Assembly: GCA_964019335.1 (NCBI GenBank)
Contig: OZ025653.1
Coordinates: forward strand, 124,001 to 188,000
Direction of reading: 5' to 3'
DNA: 64,000 bases
Source: Diplonema japonicum
Lineage: Eukaryota > Protista > Euglenozoa: Diplonemea
Shown here: in pieces, positions 10,597 to 22,903 of the stretch
Position numbering within the stretch: position 1 is the first letter of the stretch
Layout: each line of letters begins with the position of its first letter
Program-made: the position numbers and the translations under genes
Notes under the pieces: model-generated
Databases searched by the model: none
What the model saw: the letters and a program-made list of their open reading frames with translations, nothing else
What the model was told of the DNA's origin: nothing

Positions 10597-13500
10597 TTAA
10601 ACAATCAGCCTAAACGACGGAAGAAGTCTAGACAGGGATGGGTACAACTGGGCGGCCGGCTTGCTCGATTGCCTGTTGCGTTCAAGTAACGTGGCACAGC
10701 ATACCTTCCGCATAGATAGGGAGACCCCTGTGTTTGAGAGTCGTACGTCCATGATCTTAAGGTTAAGCTCTTTGAGCCTTCGAAGCTTTGCAGCGCCCTC
10801 TAGAAATATGTTGGGGTTTGAAGACAAATCGATGGTAGTGAGCGAGGGATGACGAAGTGCGCTGTGGTACAACAGAGCTACCTCCTGATTACCCATCTGA
10901 CACGACCTGAGGTCAAGGCTTTCTAGCCTCGAGAGGCAAGGCAGCAGGTCTCGCAGCAGGATCCTAATAGAGTCGCCACCTACGTACTTCTCACTGAGGT
11001 CCAGCTTCTCCATTAATGTGCCATCCCTAACCTGTGGTGTATTGAAAGCAAACACAACACACCAGTAGTGTTAGGAAAGCTTTGTTCGGTCGTCGCGTCT
11101 TCGAGCTGTACAGCGCCAGCATCTCCTCTGTCCCCCTGTCCCTGAATACGACGTCCTCCTGCGGTGACGCCAGCATCGTAAGGTGGGCATCGAGGATCCC
11201 TGACTTCTCTAGGTTCACCTGTAATTCTTCACTGCAACCGATCCACTGCGGCACTCTCTGGGACGAAGCCTGGTTAAACAGACGATCTCCTACTGAAAAA
11301 GAGAAGGCAAATGCAAAGTCAGAGAACACTCCTGAAAGGATCTGGCTCCCCACAATGTTCCCCTTTCCCAAGCATTGCTGCAGCTTCAGCTTCGACAGAG
11401 TTGTAAGATACTGAAAAGGTGAGAAGGAGCCTAGACTACAGTTCCGACTCCATTGTTGTCTGCAGAGATTCAAGCTTGCTTTCACCTCAGGACATCTCTT
11501 CGCACGCCGCCCTACCTTAAACGAGATGGGGTCTGCGCTACTGCAACAGGGTGTGCTGTCTTTGGCGGACAAACTAGCCCCAAGCTCCAACAAAGCTAGC
11601 ACGATATCAAGCTTGCCTGTTGCACACGCAAGGTGTAAGGGAGTCATCCCGTCTGCATTCACCTCATTTAATAAATCGGGGAACCTATTGACCACCAGAA
11701 GTGTGGTGACCGACTTGTTACCAGCTGAAAGTGTTGCAAGCGTCTCCTGCTTGTTTCGCACCATTAGTTTCCTGCAACAGATGTCAGTGACCAGACTGAC
11801 TAGGAATATGACTGAATCACATGCATAGTCTGCAGGGTAGGCGGCAAGAGCATGCAGGACTGGAGGGCTTCGCATAGCATTCTTCACACTGTCACTGAGA
11901 GAAACACCAAGCACAGCTGAAAGGCCTCTCACGTTTCCGCTTCTCAGCAAAGCAGGGAGAACAAGCACAGGATCTACTTTGAAACGCTGGAGTAAATACC
12001 GCAACGACCCTTGACTACTACGCTGCACGTACGCCTTGAACAAGTTGTCGCTGCACTCCTGCGTGTTGAAACCATCGAGTTGCGAAGCAAACATCGCGGA
12101 CTCTATCCACGGTGAGGAGCTCTTCACGCTCTTGCAACAAGCCACGACGAGGTCGCTTCTCCTCATCATGATGCTGAACAACTCAGGGGTGCACTTCCGC
12201 AAGCACATTTTAATAATTTCTACGTCCCCAGTCGAAGCTGCAAGCATCATAGGCAGGATAGGAACCTCCTCCAAGAGCTGCCCTCTTTGCGTAATGAACC
12301 TACGCATGGATGTGGTGAACGTTCTGGTGTGGCACAAAAGCTGCTTGAAGCACTCCACACGCCCTTCATAGAGCTCCCGTCCTTTCAAGATCAACGGGAT
12401 GCCATCAATATTCTGCCCCATGAGCCCTGCTCCGTAGCAATCTGCCAACTTCTCAATCTCTTTAGGAGATTTGCCCTTGACGTATTCTGTGCGCATGATG
12501 CCGATGTCAGGACATGCCCCTTCTGAAAGGAGTACCTGAACCAGATGAGAGAGCCCGCAGTAGCATGCCAACCACAGTGGCGTGACAGCAAAGGACCGCC
12601 CTTGGCAGAGGTTCACACACACGTCGTTCGTCGTTTCATTGAGAATCCCGATCATGATGTCCTCATGGTCAAGAGTGATGACATCCGCAATGGTGGTGTG
12701 CGGGGCCTGGAAGGGGCCTACCGAGGTCCATCCATTGAATCTGTCGTACCTTATACATGCTGCGACTGTGGCCTCGTCACCACTGTAGAGAGAGTGACTC
12801 AAAATGCTGACCTGCCCCATGACAGACTTCTCCAGCCCATTTGAAAGGATCCTGATGCCCTCTGCCCAGCCAGAATACGCCACTGCTTCGATCAGATGCG
12901 TTCCATCCAGAATGTCCCATCCCACCCACCCGTTTAAATGTATATCAATTGCAGCCTGACGTTTGATGAGCTCTTGGAGCAGTTGAGCTTTGTGCTGTTG
13001 CGCCGCCGATATCACCGCATTACGCCTTCCAATGATCCGTCCTCCAGTAGGGGTTCTTTGGAATGATGCAGTCGACGGTTCTACAGCATCACACATGTTA
13101 CCCTTGAGATAAGAGAATGGGACATTCACATCACAAGTCCCCAACACTCTCAGAATACTAGCAGCACTCGGATCCGGGAGTCCACAGACTATCTGCATCA
13201 CGGGCTCGAGCGACCAAGACCAGAGCAATTTCTTGCCGCCACTTCTGTAACGCCTTAAACAACTGGCCTCAGCTCCGGACAAGGGGTCCACGACGGCACC
13301 CCAGTGCAACAGCAATGCGATGCACCTTTTGCTTGCCGAAGCAACTGCACAGTGCAAGGCAGTCATGCCGTGGAAGTCGCTAGCATTGGGATCAGAACCT
13401 ATTTCAAGCAGCAGCGAAGCACACACATCATGCTCATGTATTGACGCCACATGTAGCAGCGTACGCCCCTTCGTGTCGACACGCCTGTGTAACCTCAAAG

Positions 13501-14827
13501 GCAGGAATAGCCTCAGCACTTCTTTGTGACCACGCTCAGCTGCAATGTGTGCAGGTGTCCTTCCTAAAGAGTCGCGCTGCAAAGGGCTACACCCGGCTTC
13601 CAGAAGGGCCTGCACACGTACTGCATCGCCTTCGTCGGCGGCGTAGTGCAATGGCGTGCATCCCAAGTTGTCACATTCGAAAGGGACGAAGTTCGGTGGT
13701 GCTTCGTCAGTGCCGTCCCACGGATGCAGCTCTTCTTCCGGGATCCTAATGGTTAAGAATGGGATTGTAAATCCGTATGGCTTTGGGCCCCGTTTGCGCT
13801 GTGCCCACTGATCATCATTAATATCAGTGGTCGCCTGCATGTGCAGACCGTAACTGTTCGAGAGCTTGTTCATTATCATCGAGGTGTCCCCTTTGAGCGG
13901 AACAAACGGGTACCGCACTTCCTGCTCCTCCCGAGCTGCTCTAGAGAATACAAATTTATTCCTCAGCAGGCTGAGCGTTTTGCTATTGTTTATCTTCCTT
14001 CGCAGATCCTTGTACGTGAACCCCCACTGTGATGGTAGCTCGTGCACCAGATACGAACCTTCTATTGCAACGTAAGTGACGAAGGATCCTGAGAAACGGC
14101 TAGGGGCCAGGCGAGGGGTGGTGCTGCGTTTGAGAAACATCAACATGTAGTAATACTCTTTCTCTTTGAGGTTCTTTCTGTCGTGAGTCTCGTCGGCTTC
14201 TGTGTTGATACGGGCCTGTACCTCTTTAGCCTCCGTGATTACGATTTGGTTCTCGTAATAAGCTTTTGTGTCTCGGACGGCGATTCTTGCTATGGACGTG
14301 AGCAGCTCGTGCGCCTCTTCAGTGTCGGTGTTGGTGTTGCGCATCACGTTGATCAGCTCGGTCTTCTGTGCCTCGACGAAGGACAACTCGGTTCTTGCTT
14401 CGTCTAACTCTTGTTTTGCCTGGACAGCCTTCTTGCTTGCTTCCTCGAGTGCCTTGTGAGACATATCTAGCTCGTGTGCGAGATTGTCCATACGATAAAG
14501 AGCCTTGTCTTTGTCACCGCGCTCCTTTGCGTTTTCCCTGTTGACACGGTCCAGTGTAGAAATCAGAGACTGAGACTTATCCTCCAGATGCTGATTTTCC
14601 TGCTGCAGCATCTCAACTCTCTTCCGTTCTTCTATTACCATTACCATCATCTTGTCTAACTCCACGTCCTTTGCCATGTTCTCAACCGGTGGCACCCAGC
14701 CTTGCACACTACCCTCAAACCCCTCCTCGTACAGCAGGTTCCCGTCCTCGTCGATGAGCTCGCCCATCACCTTTAAACACTCACTCCCTGATTCATCGAG
14801 TTCCAGCAGCACTTTTAGCACTTCCAT
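10597..14827 (-). CDS. Coiled-coil + ankyrin-repeat + C-terminal leucine-rich-repeat protein (2 exons)
   Basis: ANK motifs GCTPLHYAA, GRTPAHIAA, GMTALHCAV, GMTPLHLAC. A 31-nt GT-AG intron at 11032-11062 joins KAFLTLL|VRDGTLMEK to an LRR exon (LESLDLRSCQMG, LTTIDLSSN). Likely ATG 14827 follows CACCAG|G. Confidence 0.85.
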
Positions 14828-15007
14828 TTTTGCCTGGTGTCGGTTAAAGCAGGGTAGCAGTGAGAGAATACAACTATGCAATCTAAAACAAACCTGCTGA
14901 AGGGCTCATGGTACTACAAACAATCCAGGACAACTGGTCAAAAAAACTGAATTTAAAAACGGGAAGAAAGGGGTTGTCTTAACAAAAATACATAAATTAA
15001 AAAGAGT

Positions 15008-17087
15008 CTAATGGTGCGTGATGGGATTACCGGCGCTCTCCCGGTTTGTCATGCCGGGACTGAAGCATCTTTTACGCCTCATAGAGTCGTCGCGTAGCTT
15101 GTTGGGGAAGCCAGCTGCAAGGGGCGTGCGGGAGGTGGGTGTTCTGCCCCTCACGGGAGAGAAGGTCCTCATGTTGGTGGTTGTGTAGTGGTCAGGGTCG
15201 CAGGGCACTGATACAACAGGATGTACGCGGCTGGTCGGTCCAGAGGACCTCCCCCGGCGTGCTGGTGAAGCACCAGCCGAAGTCATCGTTGCGAATGGGG
15301 GGTTTGACCCCTGCTGCCTGGTATCCTCCCTGTCGTGGGAGTGGTACCTCCTTCCTGTTATCTTCGCTGGCCTGTCTGGTACCTTCCTTAAAAGGTCACC
15401 AGCGTTTGGTGCACTGTGCGTGTGTGAGTAATAATTAAATCACATACGGTTTGAGAATCTTGTTGAAGTCCGAGAACTGCACTTCGTTTTTGTTCGTGAG
15501 CTCCCTTACCCCGGCACCGTCCACATTGATGGAGTACTTGTTCTGCAGTGCCGTCGCGAACTGCTCAGGCGTCAAACCCTTCCTGCAGGGATCGTGATCA
15601 GTGACATGTTGCATACCCTTCACTGCCAACCGACTTGTTTAGTTCCATCCATGCCCTGGTAGCCGAAGGACTGTTCGTGCTCACTCGTGTCTGGACGTGC
15701 CCTTTCAATTGATGAGCGTCCATTCGGTGAGCTGCTGGTGTGACATTGTGTTTTGCCGACATACTCCTGAAGCCCGGTGACAAGGATCTGGGTGTGACGA
15801 GCTGGTATCCAAACGAAGAAGGCTCCTTTGTCCTCCCCTTACGCTGTCAGAAGTGGGATGTATATCATCTTCTCGCATACCCTCATCTTCTCGACATCAT
15901 CAGGCCTTCCGGAACTCAGACCTGGTATCGCCGACACCGTCGATGGGGTGACGCGCTGGGACTTTGGCCCTTCAGGCCAGCAGTATTCTCCCCTGTCGTT
16001 GTGACAAGGCTTTTGTGGCTACATACTGAGAAGGAGCGGCATTGTTTCCCACGGCAAAATGTGAGTCTGCACTCTTCCCTCCGATTTGTGTCCTCAGCCC
16101 CTTAGGCGTGTCGCGTGCTTCTCTGAACGGCCGGTCGTTATCGCCGTACGTGCGCACCCCTACTGTTTTATGAGGGGAGTCATGAACGGCCTCCTGCACG
16201 TGCCGTTTTCCCTCCCTTTTCACAGGGTCTTCGCGGTCAATCCTCTCGGTCCCGCTGAGCAGGTCGTAGCCTCGGCCGGGAGAGTTGGCCGCTGCAGCTG
16301 TGCCGTGCCCCCTTCTTTTCAACTCTTGCTTCTGCCCTCTATCTACGCTTCCCTCATCGAAGCCATTGAGGCACGCCACAGACGCGGTAGGTAAGGTGGC
16401 ATCGTGAGCTCGGGTAACAGGCGAGCCCCTCCGCCTCTTCCCTACGTGCAGTGTGCCGTTGGAGTCTACCCTGTTCTCGTTTATCTCGCCAAGTGCAAAG
16501 GCAGCAAGAGAGCCGGAGTCGCTCCTATGCACGTCAAGCACACCTGGGTTCTTGTAGATGTCGATGCCCTCAAACGTACGTGAGTACTGCTCGTCACTCT
16601 TCACGAAAGAGGGTACCTGCGAAGGTAGCTGCTGAGGGTTCTTGGGAGGTGTGTCTTGTACGAAAGAAGGTCTTTCGTCCCTGTGGGACTCTGCTTCGTG
16701 CATCCGTTCGTAACGCTGTTGGCTATGTTCGTATCCCTGCGGCTTCCCCTCTGTGAACGAGGCGGGCCGTGCTCTCGGGGTCGACGGAGCAACAGTGCTT
16801 CCTGCAGTTACCCCCCTGTTAGCCCCTGCCGAGTTCGACCTCGCACGTGGACCCCCCCGTTGAGGGGGCTGCTGTGCTTCGGACCGCTCCGGTCCTTTCT
16901 GCCTGTTCTGGAAGTGCGACATGAAGCTGTTGTAATCCACCACCCCATCCCGCGAGAACTTCTTGATAACAGGCTGAAGCCCATCTCGTATCCCAAACCT
17001 CTCTAACGAAGTCTTGAAGTCCTTCACGGACACTATACCCTTGCTACTCGAGTCATATTTTGTAAATTGCGACCGCAGCAGATCCAT
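15008..17087 (-). CDS. EF-hand domain protein with low-complexity middle (5 exons)
   Basis: N-terminal EF-hand-like 'FTKYDSSSKGIVSVKDF...DGVVDYNSF'. Removing introns 15993-16026, 15844-15880, 15583-15616 and 15414-15447 (all GTATG...CAG) restores one frame to the stop at 15008. Confidence 0.75.
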
Positions 17088-17202
17088 GCCTGGAGGAAGA
17101 TACCCAAAGACACGAACAAACCACAAAACGTAACAAAAAAAAACCTGAAGTTATATAAAAGAAGACACACTATTGCGTTGGGTGGACCACCTGTGTCACA
17201 GA

Positions 17203-17808
17203 TTAGAAGGTCTTTCGGAAGATGGCACTGATAGCGGCCGTGCGGGCGTCACCGCCACCGCCTTGGAACGTGTGGGCTTCGTTGACCTTTTCCGACTTGT
17301 GGACGTGGGTGGACTTGATGAGAGCTGTGCCGGTGATGAGGTATTGTTTGAGGTTGAAGCCGGCGTTGCGGGTCTGGATGGACCGGCGTTGCCAGGCGGA
17401 GACAACCTGGCTGAGCTGGAGGCACCCCACGCCTGTGAGGATGGTGACAACGCAGAATAGCTGGCTTACAAACACGACGACTACAGTCCCGCCTGCCATG
17501 GAGGCAGCACGCGTAACAGGCAGCATGACTGCAGATGTGATATTGGTGTACCTCGGTGCCACCCCGCTCCCGTTAGTCACAAAGGCCCACAACGTCGCAC
17601 TGCACGGAGACACTACCACTGTTGCGGTACCCTTCACGCTGAACAGCACCGTGATGTTCATGTGACTGCTCATCACTGCTGCCCGCATTGTAAACGTACT
17701 ATGCATCTTTGTATGATTCAACATGGCCGCAGCAGGTGCCAAGAGACTTGTCCTCTTTTGAAGACCCCTCCCGCTTGCCGCGCCCACCCTCGCCAGGCCC
17801 CTCCACAT
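17203..17808 (-). CDS. Hypothetical protein with Arg-rich mitochondrial-presequence-like N-terminus and hydrophobic segment
   Basis: 201-aa ORF starting MWRGLARVGAASGRGLQKRTSLL, on the same strand as all neighbours. No family recognised. Confidence 0.55.
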   Translation of the reverse strand: MWRGLARVGAASGRGLQKRTSLLAPAAAMLNHTKMHSTFTMRAAVMSSHMNITVLFSVKGTATVVVSPCSATLWAFVTNGSGVAPRYTNITSAVMLPVTRAASMAGGTVVVVFVSQLFCVVTILTGVGCLQLSQVVSAWQRRSIQTRNAGFNLKQYLITGTALIKSTHVHKSEKVNEAHTFQGGGGDARTAAISAIFRKTF

Positions 17809-20065
17809 TGTTCTATTCTAGACCCACCTTTTTTTTATGGTGATTTGTGGTTAGAAAAATAATATAAAAAAAAAGAAAGTTGTCTTGAAAAAAAAAATAC
17901 TATTTCCCTTTCCGAAGAAAAAACTTGTTTACGATCGCAAGAGATAGAAAAAAAAGGGGGGGGTAATCCTAATATTCTTTTCTTTTTCTTTTTTTTCCTT
18001 CTGTATTAAACCCATAAGGACGGAAACTGATGGATCAGTTCAATCTTCTTTTTCTCCTTTCTTTTGTTTTTCTTTCTTTCTCCTCACCTCCTTTTCTTTT
18101 TTGAAACACTTTGTTGTAGTTGTCGATAACTAGAAAGAAATGTTAGAAAGGGATTAAGAAGGGAAGAAAAAAAGAAAGAAGAAAAAACCTGTAGCGCAAA
18201 ACAAGTGCAGCGGTGTGTTCTTTCTTTCCCCCCCCCCCTTTTTTTCTTCTTGCGCACGAAGTACCCTTGCCCTATGGCACTTTCTCTTTACTATTTCTAT
18301 CCACTGTGTCTAAAGCCAAAACAGTCGACCGACACCCAGTGAGCACTCACCTGCACACTGAAACCTTATCGAAAAAAAAACCCCCCTTTCTTTGTGTTCT
18401 TTTCTTCTCTTTCTTCTTTTTCCTTTTGATCTTTGTGAGGGCGGGGAAAAAAAAAAACTCTTGTGTGCTTTCTAAATTAAACTAGTACACCCTAACCAGG
18501 CAAACCTGGCTGCTGCCGTTCCCCCATCATTGGATAACAACGTGCGGGTTTCTTTTTTTTGCGCGGATGGCGGAGGGGGAAAAAAAAGAACGAATTAATT
18601 ACCTGAAAAAAAAGGGGGGATTTAGGAGTTGAAAGACGCCTGTCGGTTGACTTGAACCATTGCTGTTTCATTGGGGGGGTTTCTTTCCCCTTTCCCGCAG
18701 GGTATGGGGGGGGGGAGAATAAAATTTGAGTAAAGTGACTAAAAAAAAAGAACGAAGAAAAACGCTTCATATCTCTCCAAAGGGGGGCATTTCTACCGGA
18801 GTCTATCGCGCTCGTGAACCGGAAGAAAAAAAAAAAGCAGCCCCCGTCGAAAAATATTTCTGGCTGTTGTGCCCCTCCACACCACAGCACACCACAGCAC
18901 CCTTTTGCCCAATAAAAGGTAAAAACAAAACAGCGCTGTCAACTAAGGGCTTTTTTTTCTTCTTCTTTTTTCTTAAAAAAAAAAATACTGAGAAAGAATT
19001 CTGAAAGATATCCCTTGCGTTAAAGATACAAAGCGAAGGAGAGGGGGGGGGGTGAAATTAAAAGATAGAACCGATACAAAAAAAAACATAGAAAAAAAAA
19101 AAAAAGAGTGCTGAGTAAGACGAGCCACCAATGTGGCTTCTAGTAGAAAAATGACTTCTCCCGAAGAAGACATTACTACTCCCCCTAAAACAAAAAAAAA
19201 ATCTGATAACAAAGACAAAACGGCTCAAGGCACGTTAACAAAGCAGGACCGTGGGAAACCTGCCAAGCTGAGGCCAGGCCCGGTCTTTCTTTGAAATCAT
19301 CGCTACCTGAGGGGGGAGGCAGTGTTTAGTAAAAAAAAAAAAAAATACTATAATTACTCTTATAAAAGACTCTGTTTGAGGCAGAATCATATCAAAAATA
19401 GTAGGTAGGGGGAAGGAGGTGGGAAGGGTAAGCCACACGTGCCCCCTTGATGGAGAGAACACCTGGATTGAGCTCACCTTTCAAACACAAGACTGCTTCT
19501 TAATCTCTCTCGCAAACAGGAAACCTCTGAAAATTTATTCACCATGGGAAACAACAAAAGGATACAAATTGCATGGGCTCGCTGTCGCTTCTTCTTCAGT
19601 ATGCGTAACGTAATCTGTGTAGCCGCCCCACGGCTTATCTGCTCCGTGTGGTCGGGCTCAATACAGTCCGCCCCTGCACTGGTACAGAAAAAAAAAAAAG
19701 AAGAAAAAACCTTAATCACAGGAGCTTATCACAGGAGCTTAGTCGTGCTGCACGCCATGTATCCTGAGTTCAGAGTGCGTGTTTAATGGACACATCAAGC
19801 ACCCCCCACTGACACCCTTCTTGGCCTTCAGAAAAAAAAAATTGATAAATTTCGATGTGCGGGTGGGTGCTCACCGTTCAGGGAAAAAAAAAAAAAAGAG
19901 ACATTTAAAAAAAGAAAACCGAAGAATACAAAAAAGAAAAGAAAACCTTGGACAAAGTGTGGGTTCTGAGTCTATATTTCTAGAGGAGTAAGTAGTGGTG
20001 TGTAGTAATTTGCATAATCATCTTTCATTCTTTATTATTTTCTTTTTTTCTTTTGTGAACAAGAC

Positions 20066-22813
20066 TCACGGCTGTTCAGCCGAACGGGGCGACATGGTGG
20101 GAGGGGACATTCCTTGAGCGAAGGGTGAGAGGCGGGAGGCTTTCGAGAAACGAAGCAGCGTCCGTGCTTTGAGCAATGCGCGTGATGGTTCTCTGGGCCC
20201 TTGCATCTCCTTTATGATGCTGTTGTATAAGGTCTCCCACGCATGTTGTGCTTCAGAGGTGTAACGCGCGCCTAAATAGTCATAGAGTGCGTTGTGCAGA
20301 GCTGCTTTCATGTTTTCGTAGTCACGGTCCTGCACACCCTTCGCCCTGTGCAGCGTGCCCACACCTTGCAGCCGCTTCTTCGCCCCATCGAAGTCTTCGA
20401 TTGCCGCTTCCATCATGTCAACCATCTTCTTCGCTACCTTGTGCAGCACTGGGTTAAAGATGTCCCCGTCCTCAAGCCCCCACAGCGCCGCCGCCTCAGG
20501 CGAGAAGCTGATGAACGCAGACAGCATCCTGTTCCCTAAGTCTTGTGTGCCCATTTCTGATATGGTCTTCCACTGCTCCTTCAACAGTGCCGTTCTGTGC
20601 TCTTCTGTGTATTTGTGCACCACCACCTCCTCCAGCCTCCCGATCCTCATGGTCGCCAGGATCGCCTTTGCGTTGCCCGAGTGTTTGTGGCCGCTCCCGT
20701 CTCCCTCTAGGAACGCATCCGTGATGTCCCGCCCGACAAACTCCCTCAGCTTCCCCCCGCCGCCAGGGTGCGTTGCGACGAAGGATGAAATGTCATGCAC
20801 AATGCCGCTCACCACAACATACCCGTTCTCCTCCACCTCGTGCATGGTGTAGAAACCCCCCTCGTGTCGCGACGACCGCGTTGAACCACTGCACTTGCTG
20901 CGCTGGTAGTTCGGGTGCAGGGTGTCCTTCACGCACTCGTCGACGCCCTCGCCAGACGTGAAGCACACACGCTGCGGCTCGATTTCCAGGTTGCTGATCA
21001 CATTCTTCAGCACTACATCAGACTCCCACTCTTGCGACAGAGATTTCAACAGTCGCAAGTCGGGCTTCTCGGAGAAGGCAGCATCGAAGGCCTCTCTGTA
21101 CTCGTCGCCGCTCCAGTTCTCGTACGCCATCTCCGAGCCGAGCATCCAGCTCCACTTGTTCGTCTCGTTCAGGCTGTCAGCTCTGAGTTCCAAGATCTCA
21201 CTCGGGATGTCGTTGCCTATCATGTTCCACATCCCGACGGGGCGCACAAAGCCCGCAATGACAGGTGTACTGGACACATAAGAAGACGGGATGAGTGTGT
21301 GCGCTTCAAGGTGCTCTGCCTCCTCAGCTAGAGCAGCTGCCATCTCAACGCACACGCCGATTACCGTGCGGTACTTTCTCGAGCCCGCGTCGACAGTGCC
21401 AGACAGCACGAGTCCATTCGCAAGGCCAATGTGGACCCTGCCCTCTTTTGAGAGGTCTTCGTTCACAAGCCCTGTGAACCTCGCTCCTTGTATACTTTGA
21501 TTACTGCTCTTCCACATGCTCATGATGGCGTCTCCCACGCAGCTCATTGTCGCACCGCCCGTCCGCTCCACCGACCGCTCAACACACGAAAGCATGTAGC
21601 TGTATTTCTCAAAGTATGTTGGAAGACCGCACCTCCTGGCGTAGCCTATTCTCGTGAAGGCTATGGCTGCCTTGGACGTGGAGAGCTTCTTCGCATTCAT
21701 TTTGTGCTGCCCAAGCCTTCCCTTCGTGAATCTCCTCTTGCTCTTCTCTGTAGGGCTTATTTCCACCCTGATCATAGTATCAGGTGCGGGGGTTGGCTCT
21801 GGTGTTGGTGTCTTTTGAGTTAAAGTGATGTACGGCTGTCTGCTGCCGAGCTCAGGGGGGAGGATGGAGGTGATCCTTGTGACACCTACACCCTTGAGAT
21901 CAACCTCTCCCAGCACGACAGATGTGAATCTAAGGTTTTCCTTGTCAGTAATGGACTGCAGAACTTCGTCAGTAACAGCAATGCCTCCACCTACAACAGA
22001 AGATTCAACTCGCGCTGCCTTATTCACAGTAGAGCCGTAATAGTCAGCACGTCCTGTTACTGGGTCTTGTACCTTGGCTACCTCACCTGTATGCACGCCC
22101 ATGCGCACCCGCAGGCCACCGAAGACTTGGACACCGGAACTATCTGATATCTTCCTGCATGCACGATGTTCGAAGAGGTCTGCAGGCCACTCCTGTCGTA
22201 GCAGACTCTCTTGCGATGACAAACAAAATCCACAGGCTTCAAAGGCAGAGTCGAAGGCCAGCATGAAGGCATCGCCGATAGTTTTCACTTCGTAAGCATT
22301 AAAACGTGAATAACATTTCCTCACAGCAGCGTGGTGCATATGGATAGCGGTGTACATCTGGTTGGGGTACGTCTGCCACAACGCTGACGAGTCTTCGATG
22401 TCAGTAAAGGCAAGTGTCACAATGCCCACAGGGGGCTGCACACGCCCTGCGAGGGGGTTGTGCGATGACTCGCTACGGGTGTCCTCGTCAGGCATGAATG
22501 GCTGACAGTCCTTCAGCTCGTCCACCATCCTGAAGAAGGACTCGTGGGCGGTGACGATGACAGGGAGAATGCTTCTGATCCGCTCGCGCTTCACTTCCCC
22601 GATTTTGTTATCCGAGATGGCAGCGTGGTTGTAAGTCAGCTGGCGCAGCGACGCGTTCACGTTTCTCACAAACAAAAAGCTGAAAAGCAGGCACAGCAGC
22701 ACACACCCAACGGTGACAAGCGCTGCAGCCCATATGGGAAGGTACCTGCTCGCTGCTACAGAGGCATGTGATAAGACAAGCAGGAGTACCCACCCTGCCG
22801 ACTCTGCCACCAT
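20066..22813 (-). CDS. Membrane-anchored class III adenylate cyclase with degenerate second cyclase domain, cytochrome b5 domain and globin domain
   Basis: Signal/TM helices at the N-terminus. Catalytic motifs FTDIEDS, EVKTIGDAFM, RVRMGVHTG, DYYGSTVNKAAR. Degenerate second domain (CVGDAIM, HIGLANG, TVIGVCVEMA). b5 domain 'HDISSFVATHPGG...GRDITDAF...HS..AKAILATMRIGRL'. Globin 'LKEQW...P..AALW...GTLHRAKGV..DY..M..AL...LG..YT.E...AW..LY'. Confidence 0.9.
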   Translation of the reverse strand: MVAESAGWVLLLVLSHASVAASRYLPIWAAALVTVGCVLLCLLFSFLFVRNVNASLRQLTYNHAAISDNKIGEVKRERIRSILPVIVTAHESFFRMVDELKDCQPFMPDEDTRSESSHNPLAGRVQPPVGIVTLAFTDIEDSSALWQTYPNQMYTAIHMHHAAVRKCYSRFNAYEVKTIGDAFMLAFDSAFEACGFCLSSQESLLRQEWPADLFEHRACRKISDSSGVQVFGGLRVRMGVHTGEVAKVQDPVTGRADYYGSTVNKAARVESSVVGGGIAVTDEVLQSITDKENLRFTSVVLGEVDLKGVGVTRITSILPPELGSRQPYITLTQKTPTPEPTPAPDTMIRVEISPTEKSKRRFTKGRLGQHKMNAKKLSTSKAAIAFTRIGYARRCGLPTYFEKYSYMLSCVERSVERTGGATMSCVGDAIMSMWKSSNQSIQGARFTGLVNEDLSKEGRVHIGLANGLVLSGTVDAGSRKYRTVIGVCVEMAAALAEEAEHLEAHTLIPSSYVSSTPVIAGFVRPVGMWNMIGNDIPSEILELRADSLNETNKWSWMLGSEMAYENWSGDEYREAFDAAFSEKPDLRLLKSLSQEWESDVVLKNVISNLEIEPQRVCFTSGEGVDECVKDTLHPNYQRSKCSGSTRSSRHEGGFYTMHEVEENGYVVVSGIVHDISSFVATHPGGGGKLREFVGRDITDAFLEGDGSGHKHSGNAKAILATMRIGRLEEVVVHKYTEEHRTALLKEQWKTISEMGTQDLGNRMLSAFISFSPEAAALWGLEDGDIFNPVLHKVAKKMVDMMEAAIEDFDGAKKRLQGVGTLHRAKGVQDRDYENMKAALHNALYDYLGARYTSEAQHAWETLYNSIIKEMQGPREPSRALLKARTLLRFSKASRLSPFAQGMSPPTMSPRSAEQP

Positions 22814-22903
22814 CTTGCTGTTGGCACCTGTATGTGTTTTGTGAAATGAACAAACACAAAAAAATGCATCAGCGGCCGAAAGCCACTTGTGTCAATGTAA
22901 CTG

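Noticed and set aside
17222-17665. 147-aa plus-strand ORF
   Set aside because: Antisense to the 17203-17808 ORF, against the cluster orientation, and has no motif.
17810-20060. Short F/K-rich ORFs in spacers (also 28.2-28.8, 48.6-50.1, 52.2-53.2 and 54.2-57.5 kb)
   Set aside because: Translations of poly-A/poly-T tracts.
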